From contig CAZJFS010000005.1 in assembly GCA_964545075.1 (NCBI GenBank), positions 2,319 through 66,318 on the forward strand: DNA of 64,000 nucleotides, in the 5' to 3' direction. This DNA is from an uncultured bacterium. Lineage in GTDB: Bacteria > Muiribacteriota > UBA9980. The notes under the pieces are model-generated. The model had not been told where the DNA came from. It saw nothing but the letters and a program-made list of their open reading frames with translations, and did no database searches. Below are positions 38,562 to 48,173 of the stretch, piece by piece. A program made the position numbers and the translations under genes. The first letter of the stretch is position 1, and every line of letters starts with the position of its first letter.

Positions 38562-39793
38562 TCGTATTCATACAACTGATTATCGGCTTTCAATTTTTTT
38601 AACGTATCTGAAGTCATTCCGATCTCGGCGTCGGACAGGTAGCAGGCCGGGTCCGGGGCCCAGGTATCGTTAAAGATCGCTTCCGCTCTGACCCTGAAAT
38701 TACCGTTACAAATATTCAAATATTTGCATATTTTACAGCGGCCCTTGAGGTGCGGCTTTCTATTTTTAAGCCTTCCCATTAGTTCGTCGGATAAGTCGGG
38801 CCATATTTTAGAAAACGGCCTTTTTCGGATATTGCCGAATGAATAATGGCGCCAGAACTGGTCGGCATGAACTTCGCCGTGCTGGTCGACGCAGGAGATG
38901 GCTATGCCGGAGTTATTTCCGCCGTTATATTGCAGAAGCGTGAGTATTTCGGCCGCTCTTTCCGGATTTCTTTCAAGCATTTTCAGATAAAGCAAGACGC
39001 CGTCAACATGGTTATCGACTGTCAGCACTTCGATCGCATGGCCTTCATCATAAAGTTTTTGAGTCCGTTCAAATATGTATTCTACGGTTTTCCTGGATTG
39101 TGGCAGAGGCACTTCCTCGCTTAAAAGATCGGTTCCGCGTCCGGCGTAAACCAGATGATAAAAGCATACTCTTGGAATGCTTCGGTCTTTAAGCGTATCG
39201 AAAATAAAGGGAATTTCTTTATAGTTGCTTTTATTTATCGTGAAGCGCAGGCCGACTTTGATGCCTTTATCCATGCAATTTTCAATTCCCGCCATAGCCA
39301 TATCGAAAGCCCCTGGAACGCCGCGGAAGCGATCGTTGGTTTCAGCTATTCCGTCGAGCGAAATTCCGACGTAAGAAAAGCCGGCATCTTTTATTTTTTG
39401 GGCAGCATCTTCGTTTATAAGAGTTCCGTTGGTTGAGATCACCGCGCGTATATTCTTCGAGCGGGCGTAATCGCCGAGTTCGAAAAGGTCTTTTCTCATG
39501 AGCGGCTCGCCGCCGGAAAAAAGAAGCGTAGGAACGCCGAATCCGGCCAGATCGTCTATCATGGCCCTTGCTTCCGCTGTTGAAAGCTCGTCTTTGGCCG
39601 GTTCACATTTGGCGTTAGCGTAGCAATGAACGCAGAAAAGGTTGCATTCCGACGTTGAGTTCCATACCACGATGGGTTTTTTGTCCTTTGAAAATTGCAG
39701 CATATTCGACGGCAGCTTTGCTGAATGCCTTCCGTATCTCTGGACGTCGTGCGGAGAAACGAGACCGCATAGTAATTTGGATACGCCTATCAT
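38549..39793 (-). CDS. Radical SAM / SPASM-domain protein of the NirJ/AhbC/AhbD family.
   Basis: The CNLFCVHCY radical SAM cluster motif is present. A C-terminal Cys-rich SPASM region (CKICKYLNIC) is present. Confidence 0.7.
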   Translation of the reverse strand: MIGVSKLLCGLVSPHDVQRYGRHSAKLPSNMLQFSKDKKPIVVWNSTSECNLFCVHCYANAKCEPAKDELSTAEARAMIDDLAGFGVPTLLFSGGEPLMRKDLFELGDYARSKNIRAVISTNGTLINEDAAQKIKDAGFSYVGISLDGIAETNDRFRGVPGAFDMAMAGIENCMDKGIKVGLRFTINKSNYKEIPFIFDTLKDRSIPRVCFYHLVYAGRGTDLLSEEVPLPQSRKTVEYIFERTQKLYDEGHAIEVLTVDNHVDGVLLYLKMLERNPERAAEILTLLQYNGGNNSGIAISCVDQHGEVHADQFWRHYSFGNIRKRPFSKIWPDLSDELMGRLKNRKPHLKGRCKICKYLNICNGNFRVRAEAIFNDTWAPDPACYLSDAEIGMTSDTLKKLKADNQLYEYDWMK

Positions 39794-39889
39794 TTAAAAT
39801 TCTGCCTTCCATGTTAAAGTGTGGAAATTATAACAAAAATTCGATAATCTGTAAATATAAATATAAGCATGGCGTTGGATAAAAATGAA

Positions 39890-39918
39890 TTGACTTTAAA
39901 TCATGTTCTTGATATTAT
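39890..39918 (+). promoter_or_regulatory. Sigma70-type promoter TTGACT, 17 nt, TATTAT upstream of ahbA.
   Basis: The hexamers are read directly, about 75 nt before the ahbA ATG. Confidence 0.45.
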
Positions 39919-39992
39919 TATAAAACAAAAGAAACTTAAGCGATTTTGTCGGGTTTTGAAAGTCGCGTTAAACCCTTTAAAATGAGTGTCGT

Positions 39993-40457
39993 ATGGAAAA
40001 AGAACTGAACGAGTTGGAAAAAAAAATATTAAATCTTATTCAAAAAGATTTTCCCGTCAGCGCAAGGCCATTCGTTAAAATTGCCGAAAAATTAGGCGGC
40101 TTGAGCGAGGAATGCGTCATGGAGTCTCTTCGATCTCTCAATGAAAATGGTTATTTAAGACGCCTTGGACCGATATTTAATTCCGACCGTCTCGGCTACG
40201 TAAGTACGTTAGCCGCTATAGCGGTGAGCGGGGATGAAATTGAAAAAGCCGGTGAAATAATTAATTCTTATATGGAAGTTACTCATAATTACCTGCGCTC
40301 CGATGAAAAATTTAATATGTGGTTTACTTTAACGGCTCATTCCGGAGACCGCCTTTTAAAAATAATCGATGAAATAAAAGAAAGGACGGGCGTGAGTGAA
40401 GTGCTCAATCTTCCGGTCGTAAAAAAATTTAAAATAAAAGTCGAATTTAACGTATGA
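39993..40457 (+). CDS. ahbA: Sirohaem decarboxylase subunit (AsnC/Lrp-like NirD/NirL family, AhbA/B).
   Basis: An HTH_AsnC-like N-terminus with the NirD/L/G/H fold is present. It is paired with a paralog downstream. Confidence 0.65.
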   Translation: MEKELNELEKKILNLIQKDFPVSARPFVKIAEKLGGLSEECVMESLRSLNENGYLRRLGPIFNSDRLGYVSTLAAIAVSGDEIEKAGEIINSYMEVTHNYLRSDEKFNMWFTLTAHSGDRLLKIIDEIKERTGVSEVLNLPVVKKFKIKVEFNV

Positions 40458-40945
40458 TTACATCTGAAAAATTGAAGAAATTAATAAATATGCTTTCGCG
40501 CGGGATTGAAGTAACCCGGAGCCCTTTTTTGAAGATGGCCGAAACACTCGGCGTTTCAGAAGAAGAGGTAGTGGAAGCGGTCCGCGTGATGATGGAAGAA
40601 AAAAAGATCCGCCGTTTCGCGGCAGTTCTGAAACAGTCAAAGATAGGATATTCGGCGAATGCGATGTGCGTTTTCAACATTTCGACCGAAAAAATCGAAT
40701 TCGCAGGCGAATTCGCGTCTTCTTTAAAGGCGGTTAGTCATTGTTACGAAAGGGCGGGAACGCCTTCGTGGAATTATAATCTTTACGCTATGGTGCACGC
40801 TAAATCGAAGCCGGAATGTGAAAAAATCGCCGAAACTATAGCGGCCAAAACTTGCGCCCTCTCTTATAAGGTGCTCTTCAGCGTCCGGGAATTGAAAAAA
40901 CAGAACGCGGTTTATTTCGGCGATAAAGAATTTAATGGAGTTTAA
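40454..40945 (+). CDS. ahbB: Sirohaem decarboxylase subunit (AhbA/B paralog).
   Basis: It is a paralog of the preceding gene with 4-nt overlap. Confidence 0.65.
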   Translation: MITSEKLKKLINMLSRGIEVTRSPFLKMAETLGVSEEEVVEAVRVMMEEKKIRRFAAVLKQSKIGYSANAMCVFNISTEKIEFAGEFASSLKAVSHCYERAGTPSWNYNLYAMVHAKSKPECEKIAETIAAKTCALSYKVLFSVRELKKQNAVYFGDKEFNGV

Positions 40946-42055
40946 ATGAACATTGGTGCATGTCAAAACGATAACGCGCCGTCTCATGGCGGTTTAAATA
41001 CCGGCAAATGCCCGCGCCTTATAGCATGGGAACTCACTTCGGCGTGTAATTTAAAATGCGTTCATTGCAGGGCTTGCGCGCCGTCGGAGCGGCCCGCCGG
41101 CGAACTTTCACTTGACCAATGCCGCGTGTTTTTAAACGACGTGGCCGCTATGGAAGGCAAGCCGATATTGATTCTCACGGGCGGCGAGCCATTGATACAT
41201 CCAGATTTTTTTAAGATACTCGAACACGCTTATTCGTTGAAGATGCATACCGTGCTTGCTACGAACGGGACCCTCATAAACGATGATAACGCAGCGCGCA
41301 TGTATTCGCTTGGCGTTTCCCGCGCGAGCGTGAGTATAGACGGGCATGACGCTTCCGGGCATGACGATTTCAGAAAGGTTTCCGGCGCTTTCGAGAGCGC
41401 GCTCAAAGGCGTAAAGACCATGCAAAAAGCCGGGATACAGATCCAGATGAATACGACCATAACAAGGCGCAATATATCCGACATAGAAAAAATATTCGAA
41501 CTTGGCGTTTCACTGCGCGCGGTCGCTATACACATATTTCTTCTCGTTCCGACGGGAAGGGCCGCGAACATGATTGGCGACGAGATATCGCCCGGAGAAT
41601 ACGAAAGCGTTTTGAACTGGTTCTATGACAAGAAAAAAGATACGGCTGGCCGCATCAATTTAAAGGCGACATGCGCTCCTCATTATTACAGGATAATGCG
41701 CCAGCGCGCGAAAGCCGACGGCGTCGCGGTCGATTTTCAAACTTTCGGGCCCGACGCGGTAAGCCGTGGCTGTCTCGCCGGATGCGGGTTCGCGTTCGTA
41801 TCGTCGACCGGCATAGTCCAGGGCTGCGGCTATATGCCGGTTCCGGCCGGAAATATCCGCGAAACGCCTTTTTCAACGATATACAAAGACTCGGAATTTT
41901 TCAACCGCCTGCGCGATCTTTCGAACCTTAAAGGAAAATGCGGCAAATGCGAATACCGGGCCGTTTGCGGAGGCTGTCGCGCCCGCGCCCTGGCGGCTTC
42001 AGGCGATTGTTTTGAAGAGGAGCCCTACTGCAACCATGTTCCCGCTAAAAAATAA
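40946..42055 (+). CDS. Radical SAM / SPASM protein (AhbC/AhbD-type; Fe-coproporphyrin or haem synthase).
   Basis: The CNLKCVHCR motif is present. C-terminal SPASM cysteines (CGKCEYRAVCGGC) are present. It is in an operon with ahbAB. Confidence 0.7.
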   Translation: MNIGACQNDNAPSHGGLNTGKCPRLIAWELTSACNLKCVHCRACAPSERPAGELSLDQCRVFLNDVAAMEGKPILILTGGEPLIHPDFFKILEHAYSLKMHTVLATNGTLINDDNAARMYSLGVSRASVSIDGHDASGHDDFRKVSGAFESALKGVKTMQKAGIQIQMNTTITRRNISDIEKIFELGVSLRAVAIHIFLLVPTGRAANMIGDEISPGEYESVLNWFYDKKKDTAGRINLKATCAPHYYRIMRQRAKADGVAVDFQTFGPDAVSRGCLAGCGFAFVSSTGIVQGCGYMPVPAGNIRETPFSTIYKDSEFFNRLRDLSNLKGKCGKCEYRAVCGGCRARALAASGDCFEEEPYCNHVPAKK

Positions 42056-43556
42056 TGCTTTTATAAAGTTTTTTAGTTCCATAACCACGGCGATAACATT
42101 ACTTTTTATAATCGCGCTTTCGTCGGTTGCCGGCACGCTTATTCAGCAGAACCAGGAATTCATTTTCTACAAAAAGAATTTTCCGCAATATTATGGCTGG
42201 ATATATTTTTTTTCACTCGATGATCTTTATCATTCGGCATGGTTCGTCGCCCTGATCGTCCTGTTATGCGTAAACATAATCGTTTGCACGTTAAGACGTT
42301 TCAACTCCAGGCTTCAGGCGGCCCAAACCGTCGATTTTGACATAACCGCGGATTTTATAGCAACTTGCCGCTTCAAAAAAAGCATCGAAAAAGTTTCGAA
42401 TGAATCGGCCGCCGCGGTCATATCCGCTAAAATAAAAGAATTCGGGTACGCGCTTTACGTTAAGGAAACGGACGGCCGCGCCTGTTTTTTTGGAAATTGC
42501 GGCGCTTACTCTTTTCTGGGTGAATTCACGGTTCACGCAAGCCTGCTTATGATAATCGCCGGCGCGCTCATCGGGAATATTTACGGATATAAAACGCAGA
42601 TGGCGGGGGTTCCCGGAGACGTCCGGCCGGTTCCGACGAAGGCTTATTTAGACCTTCAGAACAGGATCGGCGAGACATTTGAAAAGGCGCGGGCTCAAGG
42701 GCGCGACAGCCACGATGAGATAGGAAAACTTATGGCGCGGCAGATGGCGCTTCCTGAAAAGTCTTTTTTTGACGTGCGCATAGATGATTTCAAAACAGTG
42801 TATGCCGAAGGTGGATTGACTGCGGAAGCGCGCGTGAAGAACTGGTACACGACTTTATCAGTCCTGTCCGGAACGACGCCTGTTTATACGAAGACGCTTT
42901 CGGTTAACGATCCAATGAGCTATGACGGGGTCAACATTTATCAGTCTTCATTCGGAGCCGTCACGTGCGGTTATAAAAATTTCAGAATACGGTATCTGGA
43001 AAAAGGCGCCGGCGCTTCTGAAACCTCATTCGTCATAAATGACGCTGAAAATTCGAGTGAGGTGCGCTTTAAAGGTTATAAGATAAGGGCATTGAAATTT
43101 TTGCCTGATTTTAAGATCGATATCGATACAAAACAGGCCTATTCCGCGTCCGATGAGCCGGGAAATCCGGCTTTAAAACTTGAAATAAGCCGGGATGGAA
43201 CCGGAGAGGTTAAGACGCAATGGCTTTTTAAAAATATTCCTGATTTTTCGCATGAAGGCGCGAGTGATGGAGAATTCTCCGGCCGGTTCATTTTCGATGG
43301 TTTTGAAGCGGTTGAAAAACAATATACCGGTCTTCAGATCGCCTATGATCCTGGCGTCTATCTGGTGTGGGCTGGTTTCGCGTTTATGACGGCTGGCTTT
43401 TTCTGGGCTTTTTATATTTTCCATAAAAGGGTCTGGTGCGTCTTCGATAAAAGCGGATGCCGGATTCATCTGGGCGGTTCGGCCGATAAGAACCATGTCC
43501 TTTTCGAAGAGGAATTCAATGAATTTTGTTCTGAAATCGAATCAGAGGTGAAGTGA
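42012..43556 (+). CDS. resB: Cytochrome c biogenesis protein ResB/Ccs1 (System II).
   Basis: An N-terminal TM helix, a large soluble domain and C-terminal TM helices are present. It lies directly upstream of ccsA. Confidence 0.65.
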   Translation: MKRSPTATMFPLKNNAFIKFFSSITTAITLLFIIALSSVAGTLIQQNQEFIFYKKNFPQYYGWIYFFSLDDLYHSAWFVALIVLLCVNIIVCTLRRFNSRLQAAQTVDFDITADFIATCRFKKSIEKVSNESAAAVISAKIKEFGYALYVKETDGRACFFGNCGAYSFLGEFTVHASLLMIIAGALIGNIYGYKTQMAGVPGDVRPVPTKAYLDLQNRIGETFEKARAQGRDSHDEIGKLMARQMALPEKSFFDVRIDDFKTVYAEGGLTAEARVKNWYTTLSVLSGTTPVYTKTLSVNDPMSYDGVNIYQSSFGAVTCGYKNFRIRYLEKGAGASETSFVINDAENSSEVRFKGYKIRALKFLPDFKIDIDTKQAYSASDEPGNPALKLEISRDGTGEVKTQWLFKNIPDFSHEGASDGEFSGRFIFDGFEAVEKQYTGLQIAYDPGVYLVWAGFAFMTAGFFWAFYIFHKRVWCVFDKSGCRIHLGGSADKNHVLFEEEFNEFCSEIESEVK

Positions 43557-43559
43557 TAA

Positions 43560-44561
43560 ATGATGGATGATATTGGCTTTACTATAGCTTTTTTTTCTTA
43601 CATGGCCGGCGCTCTGGCTTATACATATTTTCTTTTTTGGAAACGGTCCCAGCCCGGCCATGCCGCGACTGGCGTATTATGGTTAGGCGCCATTGCTCAT
43701 GCTTTTGCGATTGGCGATCGTATGCTGGCGGCGGGGTACATGCCGATGTCGAACATGTTCGAGTCGCTTTCGGTTTTTTCGTGGCTTATAGCGCTGTCTT
43801 ATTTCGCAGTTGAATATAAATATAAGACGAAATCTCTCGGGCCTTTCGTCATGAGCATATCGTTTACAATGATAGCCATAGCCTCCGTCCTTCCGCGCGA
43901 CATTAAACCGCTTGTTCCGGCTCTTCAAAGTTACTGGCTTGGCCTTCATGTCGCCGTAACGTTTATCGGCGAGGCCGCGTTCGCGGTTTCATACGTTGCC
44001 GCGCTGTTATATATCATGAAGCCGGCGCGCGACGGCGAAAAGTCCTCGGCGTTTTCCAATGTTTTCTCCGCATCCAACGCCGGGGCGTTTCTCGGCGTAA
44101 TATCGTTTTTTATTATAGCGCTTCTGAAAAAAAGATCGGTCATATTTCCGGAGAACTATCCGGCTTTTTATATTCCGCTTGCAGTCGCGACCGTATGTTC
44201 GATCGTTTTTTACCGGATGAGAAATATTATAGTTTCGGTTCTTCCTTCAGGCGAGATATTAGACGATATCAGCTATCGCTCGGTCAGTATAGGGCTGCCC
44301 GTTTTTACGCTTGGCGGGCTGGTTTTCGGGGCTATATGGGCTCACAGGGCGTGGGGGACATACTGGTCGTGGGACCCGAAGGAAACCTGGGCGCTTATTA
44401 CGTGGTTCATATATGCGATATATCTTCATATGCGCCATCATTCCAACTGGCGGGGAATGAAAGCGGCGTATATCACTTCGCTGGGTTTCATCTCGACGCT
44501 GTTCACTTATTTTGGCGTTAATTATCTTCTTTCCGGGTTACATTCATATGGAAGGTTTTGA
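43560..44561 (+). CDS. ccsA: Cytochrome c-type biogenesis protein CcsA/ResC.
   Basis: The WGTYWSWDPKETWALITW tryptophan-rich haem-handling motif is present. Confidence 0.85.
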   Translation: MMDDIGFTIAFFSYMAGALAYTYFLFWKRSQPGHAATGVLWLGAIAHAFAIGDRMLAAGYMPMSNMFESLSVFSWLIALSYFAVEYKYKTKSLGPFVMSISFTMIAIASVLPRDIKPLVPALQSYWLGLHVAVTFIGEAAFAVSYVAALLYIMKPARDGEKSSAFSNVFSASNAGAFLGVISFFIIALLKKRSVIFPENYPAFYIPLAVATVCSIVFYRMRNIIVSVLPSGEILDDISYRSVSIGLPVFTLGGLVFGAIWAHRAWGTYWSWDPKETWALITWFIYAIYLHMRHHSNWRGMKAAYITSLGFISTLFTYFGVNYLLSGLHSYGRF

Positions 44562-44564
44562 TTT

Positions 44565-45905
44565 ATGCTAGTATCCATTGGTTTAAACTATAAAAAGGCT
44601 TCCGTTGGCGTTCGCGAAAAAATGGCTATCGGCGCCGCGAGGCATGCGGAAGTGCTTGCGAGGTTTTATGCTCTTGAAGGCGTTCGCGAATGCGTCCTTC
44701 TTTCGACCTGCAATCGCTTTGAATTATATCTCAGGCTTGGTTCGTTAGACGCTATGGATCTTGTAAGAAACGCCGTAAAGCATGATTTCAATATTTCCGG
44801 ACGCGACATGGCCGAATATTTTTATGCTTACGAGTGCGAGAAGGCGGCCCGTCATCTTTTCGAGGTCGTATCGAGCCTGGATTCGATGATCATAGGAGAA
44901 TCCCAGATACTCGGCCAGATCAAGGACGCCTACGCGCTCGCCGTCGCGAATAAAACGACCGCCGTCGTATTGAACAAGCTTTTTCATCACGCCATAAGGG
45001 TAGGTAAACTTGTCAGGACCGATACTTCGATCGGGAGGAACGCGGTTTCGGTAAGTTCGGTCGCTGTCGATCTGGCAAAAAAAGCGCTTGGCGATCTTGA
45101 ACGCATGTCGGTGCTTCTAATAGGCGCCGGCGAGATGGCGGAGCTTGCGGTTACGTGCCTTATGGCGAATGGCGTTAAAAATGTTGCCGTCGTGTCGAGA
45201 ACGCTTTCCCGGGCTATCGCTCTCGCCGGAAAGTACGGCGCGGATCCTGCCGAGATGCGTGATATGTATGAAAAAATGGCCTTGGCGGATATCGTTATAT
45301 CCTCGACGAGCGCGCCTCATTATGTGGTCGAGCCGCGGCGCGTAGCCGAAGCGATGCTGAAGCGTCCTGAAAAACCTCTTGTCCTCATTGATATAGCCGT
45401 TCCGAGGGATATTGATCCCGGAGTTTCCTCTGTCGAAAACGTTCATCTCTATAACATAGACGATCTAAGGCAGGTTATAGACGGAAACATGCTCTTGAGA
45501 AGTTCGGAAGTGAAAAAGACGCGCAAAATAATAAGCGGCGAGCTGGATCTTTTTATTCAGTGGCTTTCGAAACAATCGGTTATGCCGTTCGTTTCAAGGT
45601 TTCGAAAACACGTCGAAGAGATAATCAAAAGCGAGATAGATAAATTTTCGAAGCGGATGCCCGCTAACGACATCATGCAAAAAAGTATAAAAGCTTTCAC
45701 TGAAGCGGTTATCAACCGGATAACCAGCACGCCCATAATCAAGATACAAAAATGCGGCAGCAAATGCCATGTCGAATCCTGCATAAGAAACGTGGGCTGC
45801 CTTTTCAACCTTGACGGCGATTTTGACGAAGAAACGGCGGAGCCGGTTCGTACGCACAGGGAAGAAACGGCGGAGCCGGTTCGCAAAGCGGAACCGCCGT
45901 CTTAA
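44565..45905 (+). CDS. hemA: Glutamyl-tRNA reductase.
   Basis: The LSTCNRFELY active-site region and an NADPH-binding GAGEMA motif are present. Confidence 0.85.
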   Translation: MLVSIGLNYKKASVGVREKMAIGAARHAEVLARFYALEGVRECVLLSTCNRFELYLRLGSLDAMDLVRNAVKHDFNISGRDMAEYFYAYECEKAARHLFEVVSSLDSMIIGESQILGQIKDAYALAVANKTTAVVLNKLFHHAIRVGKLVRTDTSIGRNAVSVSSVAVDLAKKALGDLERMSVLLIGAGEMAELAVTCLMANGVKNVAVVSRTLSRAIALAGKYGADPAEMRDMYEKMALADIVISSTSAPHYVVEPRRVAEAMLKRPEKPLVLIDIAVPRDIDPGVSSVENVHLYNIDDLRQVIDGNMLLRSSEVKKTRKIISGELDLFIQWLSKQSVMPFVSRFRKHVEEIIKSEIDKFSKRMPANDIMQKSIKAFTEAVINRITSTPIIKIQKCGSKCHVESCIRNVGCLFNLDGDFDEETAEPVRTHREETAEPVRKAEPPS

Positions 45906-47998
45906 AATTTCAATTTTTCAATTTCGGCCCTGTAGCCGCTGTATTCAATATTAATCTTTTCTAATATTTCTTCGACGCCATCGGTTTTGTTGGCTTTTCC
46001 AATGACTTCTATGCTCGCGAAGAGCAAATTGAGGCGTTCCGCGGCGACGTTGAGCGACGATCCTTTAAGCCTGTGCGCGGCTTTTCTCATGATCTCGGAA
46101 TTTCCCGCGGCGGCGGCGGTTTTGATCTCTTTTGAAAACGTCTCGAAATCGTTGAAAAATATCCGGATTATTTCCTTTGCCAATTCCTGTTTTCCGAGTA
46201 CGGTTTTCATGAATTTTTCGCGGTTGAAAGTCGCCGGTTGGCCGTTTTCATCAGCCTGAGATTTGAATTCCAGAGGCCTTTTTTCACAGGCCGCTGGATC
46301 CGGCTGCGCTTCATTTTTTTTCAGACAGCGAGCTATGATCTCTTCGAGTTTGTTGGTGTTTATAGGTTTGGATATATAGTCGTTCATTCCGCATTTCATG
46401 CACTGCTCGTAATCTTCCCTGTTGGCGAAAGCCGTCATCGCTATCACCGGTATCTTATCGTTTGCGGCCCTTATTCTGGAAGTCGCTTCAAGCCCGTCCA
46501 TTATCGGCATCTGAAGGTCCATGAAGATAAGATCGATCTTTTCCTTTTTAAAGATATCAAAAGCGCTTTTTCCGTTTTCAGCCGGAATGACTTCATGACC
46601 CAGCATTTTTAAAAGTTCCATCATGAGCTTTAAATTTATTAAATTATCCTCGGCGATCAATATTTTAAGCCTGGGTTTTTCTCCGGTTTCGGCCGCGCCC
46701 TTTTTTTCAGGCATGCCGCCGATGAGCTCGCCTTTTTCAAGTTCGATGCGGAAATGAAAAACGCTTCCGGCGTCCGGAGCGCTTTCGACAAATATGCCTT
46801 CCGCGCCCATCAGCTTGACGAGGGATTGAGCTAGAGTGAGGCCGAAACCGGCTCCGCCATATTTTCTGATGCCGGCCCCGTCAGCCTGGGTGAACGGCGT
46901 GAAAATTTTCTTGATGTCTGAAGCTTCGATCCCGACGCCCGAATCGGATACGCTTATATTAAGCCCGGAATTTTTTTCTGTTTCGGTTTCGAGCTTGATC
47001 TTAAGGGCAACGTTGCCGTGTTCGGTGAATTTGACCGCGTTATTGACCAGATGCGAAATTACCTGAAGAAGCCTTTTTTCATCGCCTATAAAACGGCATC
47101 TGATTCCGGGATCGATAGACGTGGATATGTTGACGCCCTTTTGCGCGGCGATGACGCTTGCGTACTTGACCGCGTGAGCGGCTATATTAGATATGTCGAA
47201 GGCCTTTTTTTCGATTTCGAGGTTTCCGGCTTCGATCCTGGAAAAGTCAAAGACGTCGTTTATAAGGCCTAAAAGGTTCTTTCCGCTGATCTTTATGAAT
47301 TGCGTCATTTCCCGCTGGTCTTTATTAAGTCCCGTGCGTGTGAGAAGGTCCGCGAATCCTATAACGTTATTAAGAGGCGTCCTTATTTCATGGCTTATAT
47401 TTGCTAAAAACTGGCTTTTGGCGATGTTCGCGGCTTCGGCGTATATCTTAAGCGACCTCATTTCTTCGTTCTGGCGAATAGCCATGAGGCGTCCCATTCC
47501 AAGTTCGGTTAGAAGCTCGCCGAGGTTTTGAAGAAGCTCGAGATTTTTTTTCACGGTGTCGATAGTCAGCACGGGCGTTTCAATAATGGAGCGCATGTAG
47601 CCGTCTTTTTCAAACCCGTTCTCTTCGGCATACTTCGCGAAAAAATCAAGATCCGGTTTATCGAGGAAGAATTGGCCGTGAAATATGTTGGCGTGATGAA
47701 CGCCTTCGATTATCAGGGGTATAACGCAGTGAAAAGGGCCGTTTTCGCATCGATGGATAACGAACTTTTCGCCGGTTTTTATTTTATCGGAGATTTCAAA
47801 TCTGCATTTTTCACATTTTGCAAGCGTTTTTTCGAACTGGCGGTTAAATTTGGTGCAGATATTAAGCCAGCCGGCCGTGGCGTATATTTCGCCGTTTACA
47901 TCCATTACGCCGGTGGCGATCGAAGACGCTTCGTATAATTTTTCAAGCATTTTCTGGAGTTTTGGTATGTTGATTATGTCCGAAAACAATATTTTCAT
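45902..47998 (-). CDS. Hybrid sensor histidine kinase (PAS, HisKA, HATPase, REC, Hpt).
   Basis: The H-box is ISHEIRTPLNNVIGF. The HATPase G-boxes are present. The receiver has ILIAEDN and FMDLQMPIMDG. The C-terminal Hpt has HRLKGSS. Confidence 0.8.
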   Translation of the reverse strand: MKILFSDIINIPKLQKMLEKLYEASSIATGVMDVNGEIYATAGWLNICTKFNRQFEKTLAKCEKCRFEISDKIKTGEKFVIHRCENGPFHCVIPLIIEGVHHANIFHGQFFLDKPDLDFFAKYAEENGFEKDGYMRSIIETPVLTIDTVKKNLELLQNLGELLTELGMGRLMAIRQNEEMRSLKIYAEAANIAKSQFLANISHEIRTPLNNVIGFADLLTRTGLNKDQREMTQFIKISGKNLLGLINDVFDFSRIEAGNLEIEKKAFDISNIAAHAVKYASVIAAQKGVNISTSIDPGIRCRFIGDEKRLLQVISHLVNNAVKFTEHGNVALKIKLETETEKNSGLNISVSDSGVGIEASDIKKIFTPFTQADGAGIRKYGGAGFGLTLAQSLVKLMGAEGIFVESAPDAGSVFHFRIELEKGELIGGMPEKKGAAETGEKPRLKILIAEDNLINLKLMMELLKMLGHEVIPAENGKSAFDIFKKEKIDLIFMDLQMPIMDGLEATSRIRAANDKIPVIAMTAFANREDYEQCMKCGMNDYISKPINTNKLEEIIARCLKKNEAQPDPAACEKRPLEFKSQADENGQPATFNREKFMKTVLGKQELAKEIIRIFFNDFETFSKEIKTAAAAGNSEIMRKAAHRLKGSSLNVAAERLNLLFASIEVIGKANKTDGVEEILEKINIEYSGYRAEIEKLKF

Positions 47999-48173
47999 AA
48001 TGAGTTAAATTTTAATTTATTTTAAGAAAAGTTGCAAGAAGAATTTTTAATTTATTTAAAATGTCGGTAACGTGGCGCTTTAAATGTATTTTTTCACGGT
48101 GTTTTTTATTGACATATTATCGCAAATTTTGTAAGATTAATCGCGTATCTTTTATTTAACGAGGAGATGCCGC

